This document shows, piece after piece, positions 1 through 7,354 of a DNA stretch of 32,000 nt. Origin of the DNA: Acholeplasma laidlawii PG-8A (GTDB lineage Bacteria; Bacillota_I; Bacilli_A; Acholeplasmatales; Acholeplasmataceae); contig NC_010163.1 of NCBI RefSeq assembly GCF_000018785.1, positions 60,001 to 92,000 of the forward strand, in the 5' to 3' direction. The stretch's first letter is position 1; the number at the start of each line of letters is the position of its first letter. The translations under genes were made by a program, and so were the position numbers. The notes below the pieces were generated by a model. It ran no database searches and had not been told where the DNA came from. It was given only the letters and a program-made list of their open reading frames with translations.

Positions 1-787
1 TGCAGTATCTGCAGTCATCTATGCGATGTTATTACCAAACCAACTACATCTTTATGTGGTTGTTATGGGGGCTTTATTTGGTGCTGCAATCGGCAAAATG
101 ATTTTTGGTGGTTTAGGGATGAATATCTTTAACCCTGCAGCAGCTGGCCGTGTATTTATTGCACTAGCATTTACAACATTCTTCACAGGTTCTTATGGGT
201 TTATTGATGCTGCAGCAGGTGCTACAGCATTATCTACAAGTTTTCCTGAAGTATTAAATAGTTATTCACTAATCGATTTACTCGTTGGTAATATTCCGGG
301 TTCTATGGGTGAAATCAATTCCCTTGCTATTTTATTTGGTCTTGCTTATCTATTAATTAGAAAAAGTGCAGATTATAGACCTGTTTTATCAGGACTATTA
401 ATCTTTACAGCACTTGCTACAGTTGCAGGATTCATACTACACCCAACATTAGTATTTGAATATGTGATATTCCAATTATTATCTGGTGGTTTATTATTTG
501 GTCTAACCTTTATGATTACAGACCCTGCGACATCACCAATCACAAGACCAGGTCGTTGGTGGTTTGGTTTAATTGTTGGTTCATTAGTATTCTTTATTAG
601 AAGTTTTGGTAGTCTTCCAGAAGGTGTGGCGTTTGCTTTATTATTTGGTAACTTAATGGTACCTTTACTAGATTACCCAATGTGGGCAAACAACAGATTT
701 ACAAAGAAATTCTATATTAGCTTTAGTTTAGTATTTGTGGCTTTAGTAGCACTTACCTTCGTGATTTTAGGAGGTTACGCGATATGA
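1..787 (+). CDS. rnfD: Rnf/Nqr-type electron transport complex subunit D (RnfD/NqrB family), 5' end outside the window
   Basis: The frame is open from nt 2, with no stop before the first ATG at 26. Polytopic membrane protein. Family hallmarks are FIDAAAGATALS (flavinylation-type motif, nt 206-226) and MITDPATSP. The TGA stop overlaps the next start (ATGA at 784-787). Confidence 0.85.
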   Translation, partial: AVSAVIYAMLLPNQLHLYVVVMGALFGAAIGKMIFGGLGMNIFNPAAAGRVFIALAFTTFFTGSYGFIDAAAGATALSTSFPEVLNSYSLIDLLVGNIPGSMGEINSLAILFGLAYLLIRKSADYRPVLSGLLIFTALATVAGFILHPTLVFEYVIFQLLSGGLLFGLTFMITDPATSPITRPGRWWFGLIVGSLVFFIRSFGSLPEGVAFALLFGNLMVPLLDYPMWANNRFTKKFYISFSLVFVALVALTFVILGGYAI

Positions 788-1725
788 CAAAAGCAGTTAA
801 AAGCATCATTACATTAGCGGTTGTAGCTATTTTAGGTATTGGACTATCAATTGGTACGCACTTCATCTTTAATCCAATTAAAGAAGAACGTGCTAAACAA
901 GAAACTCTATCTATATTAGATGATTACTTTACAGGTGTTACAGACTTTGAAGCAAACAAGCTCGAAGTAATTGAAGGCGTTGAGATTTTAAGATCTGTTC
1001 GCGTTTATAAAAATGAAGATCCACTAGGTTATCTATATGAGGCAAATATTACAAATGATTTTGGTAATATGAAAGTTCGTTTAAGTGTGGATGTTAAAGA
1101 TGTTATTCAATCCATTGAGTTCTTAGAACTTAACCAAACAATGTACTTACCACAAACAACAAAAATGCTTGAAACATATGTATTAAGCAAGTTAAGTACA
1201 GATATTTTTGATGGTGCTGCTGGTGCAACATCCATCTCAAAAAATGATCTATCACACTTAATGAGTATGGTAGGATTACATCATGATAGAACAGATAAAT
1301 TTGAAATCCAAGCACCTTATAAAGATTTCTATGGTGATGACTACGTGATTTCAAATACAGAAGAACTATCCAACTCTGGTGCGACTATCAAGGTTGAAAC
1401 GATTGAAGGTTTAGGTGTAGTTTATACAATTACTAAATCAGGTATTTATCAAACAGATAGTACTCAAGAAAAATCAATTACACTTGTTCTTGCATTAAAT
1501 AATGATAATAAAATTATTGGTGTACTTTTACCAGCTGAGTTATATAACCACACTAAGGGTGGATTTATGACAAGTGCAATGGAATTTGCACAAAGTTTTA
1601 AAGATATGTCACTACTTGATGTAACAGATGGCAATGCTGGTGCAACAGGTGATGTTGTAGCACATAATTCAAGAACCTTAATCGAAGATATGGTGTTAAT
1701 TGTTCAGGGGGTACATATCTCATGA
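784..1725 (+). CDS. rnfG: Membrane-anchored RnfG/NqrC-like protein with two FMN-binding-type domains (313 aa)
   Basis: N-terminal TM helix (SIITLAVVAILGIGLSIG). Two FMN_bind-like halves each end in a D-G-x-A-G-A-T motif: DGAAGAT at nt 1210-1230 and DGNAGAT at nt 1627-1647. Start overlaps the rnfD stop. Confidence 0.8.
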   Translation: MTKAVKSIITLAVVAILGIGLSIGTHFIFNPIKEERAKQETLSILDDYFTGVTDFEANKLEVIEGVEILRSVRVYKNEDPLGYLYEANITNDFGNMKVRLSVDVKDVIQSIEFLELNQTMYLPQTTKMLETYVLSKLSTDIFDGAAGATSISKNDLSHLMSMVGLHHDRTDKFEIQAPYKDFYGDDYVISNTEELSNSGATIKVETIEGLGVVYTITKSGIYQTDSTQEKSITLVLALNNDNKIIGVLLPAELYNHTKGGFMTSAMEFAQSFKDMSLLDVTDGNAGATGDVVAHNSRTLIEDMVLIVQGVHIS

Positions 1726-2639
1726 AAAAAGAAAATTTAATTTTAGTATTAATGTTTGGTCTAATGTTGCTTATTAGTGTTATTGCATTAAGTTTTGATT
1801 ATCTATTCCCAACATCAGTTGTGGATAAGATGTTTAATCAAAATGTTAATGTTGTGAATGTCAAACCAGTCATTGATGCTGAGTTTAATGAAATATTAGA
1901 ACAAGCAGAAGTTACTACATTAGATGGTAAAAAAATTGCTGATCTATATACAGTCAGAGTTGATCATACATACTTCTATTTAGAATTATATGTAGGTATT
2001 GATTTAGATGGTAAAGTCTATGCAAGAGATAAATATGTTAGAACTAAAGACGATACATCTTCTAGTTACTTCCCACTTGTTCGTGCGTACCTATTAAAAA
2101 ACTATAACGGTCTATATTACGAAAACATACAGTTTATTGATGGTGCTGCAGGCGCAACAACGATTGTAGTATCAAGAACTATCATTAAAAATGCTGTAAG
2201 TAAAGTTGTAGTCTTTCACGTAGGTGAAGAAGAAGATTACATCGAAACATTACTTGGTGGTAAATACACATTAAATAATGAATCAACAGACGGTAATGTA
2301 ACAACGTATGATGTAACCTACAATAATGCAGACTATACAGTCTATATGGCATCAGATACAGGTACATACTATGATTTCCAAAGTGTAAATGAAGGTAGTA
2401 TTACAATTTATGTTGCAGTCGATAGTGATGGTAAAATTACACATACATTATTACCTGAAGCATTATACGGCCATTCTGGTGGAAACTTCTATAGTGCAAC
2501 AAATACCTTCTTAAGTGGAGTTATCGGTTATAATTTAAATGATCCAATGCCAGATTCAACAACTGGACCAACTACAAACTCAAACGGTTCACAATACTTA
2601 GTAAATCAGTTATTACTAGATATTCAAGGAGGGGCTTAA
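1722..2639 (+). CDS. Second membrane-anchored RnfG/NqrC-like protein with two FMN-binding-type domains (305 aa)
   Basis: N-terminal TM helix (LILVLMFGLMLLISVIALSF). First half carries IDGAAGATT (nt 2139-2159). Second half carries a degenerate DSTTGPT (nt 2554-2574). ATGA overlap with the preceding gene. Domain layout parallels ORF 784-1725. Confidence 0.75.
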   Translation: MKKENLILVLMFGLMLLISVIALSFDYLFPTSVVDKMFNQNVNVVNVKPVIDAEFNEILEQAEVTTLDGKKIADLYTVRVDHTYFYLELYVGIDLDGKVYARDKYVRTKDDTSSSYFPLVRAYLLKNYNGLYYENIQFIDGAAGATTIVVSRTIIKNAVSKVVVFHVGEEEDYIETLLGGKYTLNNESTDGNVTTYDVTYNNADYTVYMASDTGTYYDFQSVNEGSITIYVAVDSDGKITHTLLPEALYGHSGGNFYSATNTFLSGVIGYNLNDPMPDSTTGPTTNSNGSQYLVNQLLLDIQGGA

Positions 2640-2640
2640 G

Positions 2641-3219
2641 ATGAATAAAAACAATTTAAAACCATTTATTTTATTAAGCATCTTACCACTTATCTATTTA
2701 GCAAATACATTAGAAACTGCGCTTTTTATGGGGTTAGTTTATGTTGTATTAGCACTTATCATTTATGCTGGTGGTCTATTAATTAATAAATTTAGTGAAG
2801 GTAGAATGCGTTCTTATGCATATATCTTATTAACAGCTTCAATTGTAACAATCATTATGACAGTATTAGGTACATATTTCTCATTAAATCAATTAATGGG
2901 TATTTACTTAGCACTTACAATATTTACAATTCCTCAACTCAGATTAGAAACAGTTGAAGAAAAATCTATTGTGGATCATGGCTTTATGATTCTGGTAGGT
3001 TTTGTAGCACTCATACTCATTGGTTTCTTAAGAGAGTTCTTAGGTACTGGAAGTATTAGTTTACTAGCATTTGGATTAGACACTGTACAAGTGTTTGATG
3101 CTAAATTTGGTATTGCTATCTTAAAAGACAACTCAGGTGGTTTCATCTTAGCAGGATTTATCTTTGCAATCATCAATGCCATACCTTTTGTAAAGGAGGA
3201 TAAAGCAGATGTTATTTAA
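2641..3219 (+). CDS. rnfE: RnfE/NqrD-like membrane subunit (Rnf-Nqr family), cysteine-free
   Basis: 192-aa polytopic protein. N-terminal FILLSILPLIYLANTLETALFMGL aligns by eye with canonical LVQLLGLCPLLAVT...ALGLGL, and GFLREFLGTGSI aligns with GSLREIIGNGTL. It sits between the G-like and A-like genes. Confidence 0.7.
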   Translation: MNKNNLKPFILLSILPLIYLANTLETALFMGLVYVVLALIIYAGGLLINKFSEGRMRSYAYILLTASIVTIIMTVLGTYFSLNQLMGIYLALTIFTIPQLRLETVEEKSIVDHGFMILVGFVALILIGFLREFLGTGSISLLAFGLDTVQVFDAKFGIAILKDNSGGFILAGFIFAIINAIPFVKEDKADVI

Positions 3220-3766
3220 TTTATTATCTAGTTTATTAGGTGCTGCAATCCTTTCAAATGTTATTTTACAAGGGGTTGGATTAGAAGCAATTAAAGATCG
3301 TGAAATCAGAGTTAAACCAGTATTGGTTAAATCTTCAATGATTAGTTTATTAGCACTTGTTGTTTTCTTAATTGATTATGTTGTGTTAGAATTTGTTTTA
3401 GTACCAATTGATATGGCATTTTTAAACATCATCGTATTAGCTTTATTAATGATTGGTGTGAATGAACTTTATAAAATTGTTACTGATAAAACAAAGTTTG
3501 CATTACCTAAAGAAGAATTATTTGGATTACACTCTATTGTGATTATTGTTGGATTTATGGGGTTGTCAAATGTTGCATTTGATGAAGCATTTATCCAAGT
3601 TGTTGGTTCATTAATAGGCTTTGTTGGTCTATCCATATTACTTACAATGATTCAATCTAGAATGCGTGTAAATCCGCTTATCAAGTCATTTAAAGGATTA
3701 CCAATTCTACTCATTATACTGGGCTTAATTGCTTTAGTATTTAGTGGGTTAGCAGGATTATTTTAA
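3209..3766 (+). CDS. rnfA: RnfA/NqrE-like membrane subunit (Rnf-Nqr family), cysteine-free
   Basis: 185-aa polytopic protein. N-terminal AILSNVILQGVGL resembles canonical VLVNNFVLVKFLGLCP. C-terminal FKGLPILLIILGLIALVFSGLAGL resembles [31 protein letters not shown] RBS at 3193-3199. 11-nt overlap with the previous gene. Confidence 0.7.
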   Translation: MLFNLLSSLLGAAILSNVILQGVGLEAIKDREIRVKPVLVKSSMISLLALVVFLIDYVVLEFVLVPIDMAFLNIIVLALLMIGVNELYKIVTDKTKFALPKEELFGLHSIVIIVGFMGLSNVAFDEAFIQVVGSLIGFVGLSILLTMIQSRMRVNPLIKSFKGLPILLIILGLIALVFSGLAGLF

Positions 3767-3790
3767 AAACATATAAAAAGGAAAAAGAAC

Positions 3791-4873
3791 ATGAAAAAAA
3801 TATGGGCAGTTATCAACTTAATATTAATCAGTGTTCTTTTTTCTGCTTGTACACAACAAGCAATTGATAACAGTTTAGCCATATCATCTATGGATACATT
3901 TATTGGTGGCACAGTACATGCACCAAAAGCTGTTTGGGATAAAGCGGATAAAAAACTAAAAGAAATGTATATGCTCTACCACGAGTTAACCGATAACTAT
4001 AGAGGTTATGAGGGTGTACAAGGTGTTTACTATATTAATAATTTAGTAGAAACAACGAAAACTGACCAAACAGTTGAGATTAAAAAAGAACTTTATGATC
4101 TATTAAGTTTAGGTGTAGAACTCTATGAATTTACAGATGGATACTTTGATATGTCCATTGGTAAGATCATCGATGTTTGGAAAAACTTAATTGATGAAAG
4201 TGATTATACGGGTCAAGAAATACCTAAAGAAGATATCGATTATGCGATAAACTTAGTGGATGCTATTGATATCATTGAAGATCCGGTGATTTTAAGTGAA
4301 GTAGATAATAAATATTACGTGACACTTAAATATGGTGCAAAACTAGACTTAGGTGCGCTTGCTAAAGGGTATGTCACTCAGTTAGCAGCAGATTATTTAA
4401 CGGATTTAGGTTTAAGTACCTATCTCATTAGTGGTGGTGGCTCATCCATGTTATATGGTGAAGGTAATCCAAAAACTGAAGATGGTAGTTACAGAACAGG
4501 ACTTATTAATCCACAAGATGTTATTGATAACTTAGATATTATTGGATATCGACCTAAAAATTACGGTATATATACAGCTAAAAATTATAACTTCACAACA
4601 TCAGGAAGTTATAATCAATTTATCTTAAGTGAAGGTGTGATGTATCATCACATTGTCTCACCTAAAACAAAACGTCCGGTAAATCATTATCTAACACTTT
4701 CTATTGTTGGAACAGATGCAGGATTTAATGATGGTTTATCCACAGCATTATTTAGTATGCCACCTGAAGTGTTAGAACAGTTTTTAGAAACGAATGGTTA
4801 TGAGGTCTATACATATTTATTTAATAATACTTATAAATCCTATAATCAATCTGAAAACTTTAGACCACTTTAA
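3791..4873 (+). CDS. apbE: FAD:protein FMN transferase (ApbE/Ftp family) lipoprotein
   Basis: Signal peptide with a lipobox-like LFSAC (Cys20, nt 3848-3850). ApbE-type motifs LDLGALAKGY, TTSGSY and HHIVSPKT. Located immediately after the rnf-like genes. Confidence 0.85.
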   Translation: MKKIWAVINLILISVLFSACTQQAIDNSLAISSMDTFIGGTVHAPKAVWDKADKKLKEMYMLYHELTDNYRGYEGVQGVYYINNLVETTKTDQTVEIKKELYDLLSLGVELYEFTDGYFDMSIGKIIDVWKNLIDESDYTGQEIPKEDIDYAINLVDAIDIIEDPVILSEVDNKYYVTLKYGAKLDLGALAKGYVTQLAADYLTDLGLSTYLISGGGSSMLYGEGNPKTEDGSYRTGLINPQDVIDNLDIIGYRPKNYGIYTAKNYNFTTSGSYNQFILSEGVMYHHIVSPKTKRPVNHYLTLSIVGTDAGFNDGLSTALFSMPPEVLEQFLETNGYEVYTYLFNNTYKSYNQSENFRPL

Positions 4874-4885
4874 TTAGGTGATGAT

Positions 4886-5350
4886 ATGAAGAAAAGAGAT
4901 TATATCATCATTGGTGGACTATTAGTTGTTGTAGGTATACTTTATATTTGGGTTACATATTTTGGTGCCCCAACTGGTAGTATCGCATACGTTTATCAAG
5001 ATAATGATGTGGTAATTAGTGTAAACTTTGATGACAATAGTTATGAGTTAACACCACAAACGATTGATAATAACTATCCAGTTGTTACAGATCCTGTACC
5101 TGATGAGGGTGGCGATGTTGCTTTCATTATTAAGGGTGCTTATATCCATGAAGGTGAAAGAACGTTAGTCTATATCGAAATTGATTGGGATAAAAAGGCA
5201 ATACGTATACAAAAAGATGAAACACCAAGACAAATTGGTGTTAGACGTAATTGGTATGATGGCACAGGTTTACCTGCTGTATCCTTACCAAGTAAAGTAT
5301 TTATCGTATTTGAAACAGTAGAAGATGACGGGATTGATGGTGTTGTATGA
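4886..5350 (+). CDS. Membrane-anchored NusG domain II-like protein
   Basis: N-terminal TM helix followed by a beta-rich domain. The C-terminal stretch KAIRIQKDETPRQIGVRRNWYDGTGLPAVSLPSKVFIVFE matches, from memory, the family pattern (...CPD..C...G....CLP...) with the Cys positions replaced. It lies between apbE and a Gx-transporter gene, which I recall as typical for this family. Confidence 0.5.
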   Translation: MKKRDYIIIGGLLVVVGILYIWVTYFGAPTGSIAYVYQDNDVVISVNFDDNSYELTPQTIDNNYPVVTDPVPDEGGDVAFIIKGAYIHEGERTLVYIEIDWDKKAIRIQKDETPRQIGVRRNWYDGTGLPAVSLPSKVFIVFETVEDDGIDGVV

Positions 5351-5856
5351 AAAACTTAAATAAAATTACAACATTGTCGATGTTAATTGCAGTAGCAATT
5401 GTCTTAAACGTTATTGAAATCTCAATTAATGTCATACCGGTACCAGGTGCAAAAATTGGATTTGCAAATATCGTAACGGTCATTGTCTTATATATGTATG
5501 GATTTAGATCTGCTTCACTTGTTACAATTTTAAGAGTATTCTTAGTAGGGTTACTCTCAAGATCGTTTACCATACCATTTTGGATGGGCTTGGGTGGTGC
5601 AATTGTATCTATTACAGTGATGGGTATCTTTAAAAACTGGATTAAGCTACACTTAATAAGTGTCTCTGTCTTAGGTGCTATTACACATACATTAGGACAA
5701 GTGATTGTAGGGATATATCTATTAGAGACAGACCTACTCATACTCTACTTACCACTGATGTTACTTATTAGCATACCTGCCGGTATTTTAATCGGTATCA
5801 TCGCTCAGAGATTCTTTAAAACATTTAACCGTAGTAAATATCAACGTTCATTATAA
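5347..5856 (+). CDS. Gx transporter family membrane protein (heptaprenyl diphosphate synthase component I-like fold)
   Basis: 169 aa with about 5 TM helices. The N-terminal KITTLSMLIAVAIVLNVIE...GAKIGFANIVTVIVLY pattern is typical of this family. 4-nt overlap with the preceding NusG_II-like gene. Confidence 0.55.
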   Translation: MKNLNKITTLSMLIAVAIVLNVIEISINVIPVPGAKIGFANIVTVIVLYMYGFRSASLVTILRVFLVGLLSRSFTIPFWMGLGGAIVSITVMGIFKNWIKLHLISVSVLGAITHTLGQVIVGIYLLETDLLILYLPLMLLISIPAGILIGIIAQRFFKTFNRSKYQRSL

Positions 5857-5932
5857 AACCCACTTAAAATTTAGTGGTTGTTACATAAAAAAATAATAAA
5901 TATGTGAGTATTTATATTATGAAATTATGGTG

Positions 5933-5960
5933 TTGCATTACTTTAAATACATGATATAAT
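5933..5960 (+). promoter_or_regulatory. Sigma-70-type promoter upstream of rpmE2
   Basis: TTGCAT (5933-5938), 16-nt spacer, then extended -10 TGaTATAAT (5952-5960). Confidence 0.55.
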
Positions 5961-6015
5961 AACTATTGCGAAACTTACTATGAGTATTATTTTCTCATGG
6001 CGGAAGGAGAATTCT

Positions 6016-6273
6016 ATGAAAGCAAATATTCATCCAAAAACAAGATTAGTAATCTTTGAAGATGCTCAAACTAAAAAACAATTTTTAATTGAATCATCTG
6101 TCAATACAAAAGACACTGAAGTTTATGAAAAAGATGGTAAAACTTATCCGGTAGTCCGTTTAGAAGTTACATCTGAAACTCACCCATTCTATACAGGTGA
6201 ACAAACTTTCGTTGCTCAAGCTGGTCGTGTGGATAAATTTAACAAGCGTTTAGAAAAAGCTAAAAAAGAATAA
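6016..6273 (+). CDS. rpmE2: 50S ribosomal protein L31, type B (Cys-less, zinc-independent form)
   Basis: MKANIHPK... and HPFYTG motifs, with no CxxC. GGAAGGAGA RBS at 6001-6009 favours the ATG at 6016 over the track start at 5980. Confidence 0.93.
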   Translation: MKANIHPKTRLVIFEDAQTKKQFLIESSVNTKDTEVYEKDGKTYPVVRLEVTSETHPFYTGEQTFVAQAGRVDKFNKRLEKAKKE

Positions 6274-6280
6274 TCATTAC

Positions 6281-6305
6281 AGCGAGATTGCATCTCGCTT
6301 TTTGT
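6281..6305 (+). terminator. Rho-independent terminator after rpmE2
   Basis: Stem AGCGAGAT (6281-6288) pairs with ATCTCGCT (6292-6299). 3-nt loop, followed by a T-run. Confidence 0.8.
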
Positions 6306-6333
6306 TATAATAGGATTAAGTGGGGTAAAAAAC

Positions 6334-6927
6334 ATGTATCATACATACCGTAATGGTTTCATTGAAGTAGTTTGCGGACCGATGTTTGCAGGTAAAACTG
6401 AAGAACTTATAAGACGTGCAAAACGACTTAAATATGCTAAGCAAAACTATTTAGTGTTTAAACCAGTCATTGATAATAGATATAGCAGTAAAGCAGAGAT
6501 TGTATCGCACAGTTTATTAACGGAAAATGCCATATTAATAGAAAAGTCTAAAGACATTCTTGAACATATGAATGATTCTATTGAAGCTGTAATCATTGAT
6601 GAAGCACAATTCTTTGATCAAGATATTGTTGAAATTGCTGATAGACTCGCAGACAGTGGTGTGCGTGTAATTATCGGTGGTTTAGATAGAGATTTTAAGG
6701 GGGAACCCTTTGGTCCAATGCCACAACTTTTAGCGATTGCAGAGTTTGTTGTAAAACTCACCGCAATATGTCCTAAAACTGGTACACCAGCAACGCGTAC
6801 ACAACGCATCATTAATGGTAAGCCAGCACGTATGGATGATCCACTGATTGTTGTAGGCGCATCTGACTCTTATGAGCCAAGATCTAGACATGCCCACGAA
6901 GTACCAGGAAAATATGATAAAAAATAG
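6334..6927 (+). CDS. tdk: Thymidine kinase
   Basis: P-loop GPMFAGKTEELIRR, DEAQFF, and a C-terminal Zn-type region CPKTG... The rpmE-tdk order is conserved in Firmicutes. Confidence 0.95.
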   Translation: MYHTYRNGFIEVVCGPMFAGKTEELIRRAKRLKYAKQNYLVFKPVIDNRYSSKAEIVSHSLLTENAILIEKSKDILEHMNDSIEAVIIDEAQFFDQDIVEIADRLADSGVRVIIGGLDRDFKGEPFGPMPQLLAIAEFVVKLTAICPKTGTPATRTQRIINGKPARMDDPLIVVGASDSYEPRSRHAHEVPGKYDKK

Positions 6928-7354
6928 TCGTGAGTACTTCATGAATGAGGCTCTAAAAGAAGCTAAAAAAGCTAATGATAAAGACGAGGTTCCTGTTGGT
7001 GCAGTTGTCGTATTAGACGGTAAAATTATTGCAAGAGCACATAATTTGCGTGAAAGTAGACAATCCATCCATGCTCATGCTGAATTTTTAGCAATAGAAA
7101 AAGCAGCAAAAAAAATTGGTAGTTGGCGTTTAGAAAATGCAGATGTATACGTTACATTAGAGCCTTGCCCAATGTGTGCAGGTGCAATGATACAAGCGCG
7201 TATTAAGAATTTGTATTACGGCGCGAAAGACCCAAAGACTGGTGCAGTTGAAAGTGTTATAAAACTGCTTGACAATCCCTTTAATCATAAGATATACTAT
7301 GAAGGTGGATTGTTGATGGATAAGTGTTCAAACATCCCTTTCGACATTCTTTAA
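6914..7354 (+). CDS. tadA: tRNA adenosine(34) deaminase TadA, with an apparent frameshift in the last ~12 codons
   Basis: HAEFLAIE and PCPMCAGA deaminase motifs. The likely start is MIKNSREYFMNEAL at 6914, overlapping the tdk end. The C-terminus reads NIPFDIL*, whereas the +1 frame reads STFFKNKRK* (see finding). Confidence 0.9.
   Translation: MIKNSREYFMNEALKEAKKANDKDEVPVGAVVVLDGKIIARAHNLRESRQSIHAHAEFLAIEKAAKKIGSWRLENADVYVTLEPCPMCAGAMIQARIKNLYYGAKDPKTGAVESVIKLLDNPFNHKIYYEGGLLMDKCSNIPFDIL
7269..7298 (+). promoter_or_regulatory. Candidate promoter inside the tadA 3' end that could drive the SRP RNA
   Basis: TTGACA (7269-7274), 18-nt spacer, TATACT (7293-7298). It lies about 80 nt upstream of the SRP RNA 5' helix. 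Confidence 0.3.

Noticed and set aside
5301-5741. A 146-aa minus-strand ORF antisense to the Gx-transporter-like gene. The same applies to other antisense track ORFs: 1130-1354, 2185-2367, 2976-3182, 6618-6812, 6730-7068, 9546-9869, 11477-11662, 12466-12822, 19313-19582, 19689-19904, 20064-20369, 21656-21907, 22122-22340, 24407-24652, 25560-25781, 26262-26522, 29111-29353 and 29364-29549.
   Set aside because: Each is fully overlapped by a + strand gene with strong family signatures. None has an RBS or recognisable motifs, and their compositions look like mirror images of the sense codons.
5857-5880. A possible terminator hairpin after the Gx-transporter-like gene (CCACT...AGTGG).
   Set aside because: The stem is only 5 bp with an 8-nt loop and no clean T-run, which is too weak to call.
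5980-6015. N-terminal extensions suggested by the ORF track: rpmE2 from 5980, tadA from 6872, dehydrogenase from 19813, degV from 20758, rpsJ from 23838 (TTG) and rplX from 29368 (TTG).
   Set aside because: In each case a downstream ATG is preceded by a proper GGAGG-like RBS and matches the conserved N-terminus of the family. The extensions lie in promoter, leader or upstream-gene sequence.
5961-6015. A possible Zur operator upstream of the type B L31 gene.
   Set aside because: Only a loose inverted repeat (ATAATAACT...AGTATTATT) is present. Nothing resembles the TCGTAAT-N-ATTACGA core I remember for Firmicute Zur boxes.
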